Assembly: GCA_044224515.1 (NCBI GenBank)
Contig: JBGAKH010000012.1
Location: 12,363 to 76,362 of the forward strand
Reading direction: 5' to 3'
Origin: Chlorobiota bacterium
GTDB taxonomy: Bacteria > Bacteroidota > Ignavibacteria > Kapaibacteriales > NICIL-2
Length of the DNA: 64,000 bases
Shown here piece by piece: positions 61,274 to 64,000 of the stretch (within the stretch, counting starts at the first letter, position 1; every line of letters begins with the position of its first letter). Position numbers and translations under genes: made by a program. Under the pieces are notes generated by a model, which was given only the letters and a program-made list of their open reading frames with translations, had not been told where the DNA came from and searched no databases.

Positions 61274-61630
61274 ATGGCACGCGCAAAACCCCTAGACTAC
61301 GAAATAGCTGAGTTCTCGCGCGAAGCAGAACAAAACCGCTTAGTCGGTGCTTTCGCCGACTTCTTATCCCTCAAAGGAATCAGCGGTACGGAGAACTCTC
61401 AGGTGAGTCGCTCGTTGCTACCGGCTGAAATGATCGTCGACAAAGCCAGCACGGTCGAAGTCATGAAAGATGACGCACTCAACGGTCATGATCACGGAAC
61501 AGCAATGACCTTCCTCGTTCACCGTGATGAGCACAACGACATCCGCTCTATTGAGGTTCTGTGCTCTTGTGGGAAGCGCGCCCTTCTTGCGCTGGATTAT
61601 GAGGAAGAAGTAGATCCCAACGAAGACTAA
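61274..61630 (+). CDS. Hypothetical protein with His clusters and CSCG motif
   Basis: SD AGGAG; starts 2 nt after the upstream stop; GHDH, HRDEH, EVLCSCG motifs. No family recognised. Confidence 0.65.
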   Translation: MARAKPLDYEIAEFSREAEQNRLVGAFADFLSLKGISGTENSQVSRSLLPAEMIVDKASTVEVMKDDALNGHDHGTAMTFLVHRDEHNDIRSIEVLCSCGKRALLALDYEEEVDPNED

Positions 61631-62020
61631 GCATCGGTCTACCGAACTCAGGTATCAGAGATCGATGTCTCGACGCCGATATTTCGACACAATACTCCAC
61701 AACAAACTGCGAGTAGCGCCAAAAGCCGCGTAGACTGTATAAACTCCTCATCCAACACATCGTCGGCATCAACTCGATGATACGTCCGCACCGGTGTTTT
61801 TCGTAACCGCAGCCTTCGGCTGCGCCGGCTACCGCGCTCAGCGACAAATGTCTTCGTAGTTTTGCATTGTATCCACGGCACACAAGCATCGCAGCGACAG
61901 TTCTTTACGAACGAATCATCCATCAGAACAAAACTCCGGGATGTAACTCGTACCGCGCAGGCAGAACTGTCAGCAGGCAGTGAACATCCGATATTCCGAC
62001 AGAACGCACTCGACTCTATT

Positions 62021-63328
62021 ATGTCTGACACCACAAACAACACAACACTTCCATCCGTTCACATTGTGACTCTGGGATGTAGTAAAAACACGGTCGACTC
62101 AGAACTCCTTGCCGGGCACTTGCATTCGAACTCAATGCGCTTGGCCCCAAGTGCTGAGGAGGCAGATGCAGTGGTGATAAACACCTGTGGCTTCATCGAC
62201 GCCGCGAAAGAAGAGTCCGTCAATACTATTCTACAAGCCGCTGAACTCAAGCGCAGCGGATCATTGAAGAAACTCATCGTCGCCGGTTGTTTGTCCGAAC
62301 GCTATGGCTCAGAACTCCAAGATGAGATACCTGAAGTGGATCACTTCTTTGGCACTGAAGCGTATCAGAGTATCTTACAAGCCCTCTCCCCCAACCTCAA
62401 ATACTCTTTACTTGGTGAGCGCATTTTGTCAACACCTGCGCACTTTGCCTATCTAAAAATCAGCGAAGGATGCGATCATCCTTGCTCTTTCTGTGCCATT
62501 CCCTTGATGCGTGGTAAACACCGCTCTAAACCTGAAGAGCAGATTGTAGCGGAGATGGAGTCGTTGGTGAAACAGGGTGTTAAAGAGTTTGTCGTCGTGG
62601 CACAAGACCTCACGTACTACGGCATGGACACCGGCGGCAAGCGTTCACTCGCAGACTTGCTGAAGCGCATGAGCGACGTGCGGGGCGCTGAGTGGATTCG
62701 CCTTATGTACGCCTATCCTGCGAAATTCCCGATGGAGATTCTTCCGGTCATTGCCGAGCGCGATAACATCTGCAAGTATTTGGATATGCCCTTGCAACAC
62801 ATCAGCACAAACGTGCTCAAGTCCATGCGTCGCGGTATGACCGCACGTAGTACCGAAGAATTGCTCGGCGAAATTCGCGCCGCAGTTCCCGGAATAGCAC
62901 TACGTACAACATTTATTGTAGGCTATCCGAACGAAACAGAGCAAGACGTTGATGAACTCTGTTCCTTCATCGAGCGAACCCGCTTCGATCGACTCGGAGT
63001 GTTCACCTACTCGCAAGAGGATGATACCTATGCCAATATCCTTGGCGACCCAATTTCGGCAGAGGTCAAGGATCAGCGTCGCACAAGAGTGATGGACATT
63101 CAGAAGTACATTTCGCTCGAACGCAACCAATCCTTGGTTGGCAGTACTCAACGAGTACTTATTGACAACGTAATTAATGGCGAGTATCAAGGTCGCACGC
63201 AATTCGATGCCCCGGAAGTCGACAACGAAGTGTTTATTCGCACTGAGAAACAACTTCGCGTAGGAGACTTTGTCGAGGTGGAAATCGAAGACGCTGCAGA
63301 ATTCGATTTGTTTGCATCCTTAAGCTAA
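62021..63328 (+). CDS. rimO: Ribosomal protein S12 methylthiotransferase
   Basis: TLGCSKNTVDSE, NTCGFIDAAKEES, radical-SAM CDHPCSFC, GRTQFDAPEVD TRAM end; start MSDTT (62021). Confidence 0.96.
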   Translation: MSDTTNNTTLPSVHIVTLGCSKNTVDSELLAGHLHSNSMRLAPSAEEADAVVINTCGFIDAAKEESVNTILQAAELKRSGSLKKLIVAGCLSERYGSELQDEIPEVDHFFGTEAYQSILQALSPNLKYSLLGERILSTPAHFAYLKISEGCDHPCSFCAIPLMRGKHRSKPEEQIVAEMESLVKQGVKEFVVVAQDLTYYGMDTGGKRSLADLLKRMSDVRGAEWIRLMYAYPAKFPMEILPVIAERDNICKYLDMPLQHISTNVLKSMRRGMTARSTEELLGEIRAAVPGIALRTTFIVGYPNETEQDVDELCSFIERTRFDRLGVFTYSQEDDTYANILGDPISAEVKDQRRTRVMDIQKYISLERNQSLVGSTQRVLIDNVINGEYQGRTQFDAPEVDNEVFIRTEKQLRVGDFVEVEIEDAAEFDLFASLS

Positions 63329-63338
63329 GCATCAAAGA

Positions 63339-63358
63339 CTCGTGCTTCTGAGCACGAG
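63339..63358. terminator. Hairpin between convergent rimO and the T9SS gene
   Basis: CTCGTGCT-tctg-AGCACGAG perfect 8-bp stem; weak U-tracts. Confidence 0.4.
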
Positions 63359-63379
63359 GTTGTTGTAGACGACTCCTAT

Positions 63380-64000
63380 CTACGGGGCTACCACGACTAG
63401 CAGCGCTCGTGAAGTTGTGCTGCCTGTACTCCGTAGGTAATACATTCCCGGCGACAAGTCACGGAGTTTCCAACTGTGCAGTCCGTCCTCGAGACTATGC
63501 TCTGCAGACCGCATATCAACAGGTCTGCCGAGTGCATCAACAAGCTCGACTGTAGAGGAACTACGAATAGTTACCTCCGTGCCCGCAGGGTTGGGTGCTA
63601 CCTGTAACACATCGCGGTTGAACTCTAGATTCAACAATTGACTTCCGCACATGGAAGCCATATGTATTACGCATTCTGCCTCAGCGATCTCAGCACACTG
63701 TGCATCAAGTGAACTCGAGACCTGCGTGCAGCGCAGAATTCCATCTTCCATATTTCCGGCTAGTACTCGTGCGTAGACTCTCCGAACCAAGGTCGGCTGA
63801 CTCTCGATATCGACAAGGGTGTCGAGCGTTACGACCAAATCAGCACCGCTGGACAACGCTCCTTCTATTGTAAGAATTTTCTTCGGTACTCGCAGTTGGG
63901 CTCGAAGTCCAACACTCTCCTGCGACTGCGAGGCAGAAAGTAATAGATCAAGTGCTACTACATCTCCCGGCAGCACAGAATCTGCACTTGGCTTGATCTG
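63380..64000 (-). CDS. C-terminal part of a secreted protein with cohesin-like domain and T9SS-type CTD (5' end outside the window)
   Basis: Frame stays open to base 64000; VAPNPAG.E...VDALGR...PGMYYLR...LLVVVAP CTD. Confidence 0.75.
   Translation of the reverse strand, partial: QIKPSADSVLPGDVVALDLLLSASQSQESVGLRAQLRVPKKILTIEGALSSGADLVVTLDTLVDIESQPTLVRRVYARVLAGNMEDGILRCTQVSSSLDAQCAEIAEAECVIHMASMCGSQLLNLEFNRDVLQVAPNPAGTEVTIRSSSTVELVDALGRPVDMRSAEHSLEDGLHSWKLRDLSPGMYYLRSTGSTTSRALLVVVAP

Overview
A 64-kb chromosomal core-genome segment from an FCB-group (Bacteroidota/Chlorobi-related) bacterium. Several T9SS-type C-terminal sorting domains, the efp-accB-accC order and the use of Shine-Dalgarno GGAG motifs point to a Kapabacteria/Ignavibacteria-like lineage (inference). 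Contents in order: partial LiaF-like membrane gene with an ECF-type promoter; flavin reductase-like gene; oppABCDF (Yej-like) peptide ABC transporter; tRNA-Cys; efp-accB-accC; DUF2127; a cluster of putative T9SS cargo (Asp-box propeller, FG-GAP/ASPIC-UnbV, an unknown-domain protein) around an SPFH gene; uvrD/pcrA; bamD; paaN-VOC-accD-ldcA; carboxypeptidase-regulatory-domain T9SS protein; RimJ-like GNAT; S10 peptidase; DUF6544; phoD; GT39-like; bi-domain oxidoreductase; YciI; the tRNA(Tyr,Gly,Gly,Thr,Trp)-secE-nusG-rplKAJL-rpoBC cluster without tuf; carA; exported msrA; DUF1573; ctpA; an ECF sigma factor with an anti-sigma factor that appears to span both membranes; two unknown genes; rimO; and a partial T9SS protein. 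I saw no transposase, integrase, prophage or CRISPR array. Best leads: (1) the ECF sigma/dual-membrane-spanning anti-sigma pair, (2) an EF-P with Asn (PGNLR) at the normally modified tip residue, (3) two intergenic palindromes sharing AAGCGCAGG/CCTGCGCTT arms plus dispersed C-GNA-G triloop hairpins, (4) an unannotated gene pair with metal-ligand motifs, (5) an uncoupled rplK/rplA and a tuf-less tRNA-secE locus. All family assignments come from motif recognition by eye; no database searches were run.
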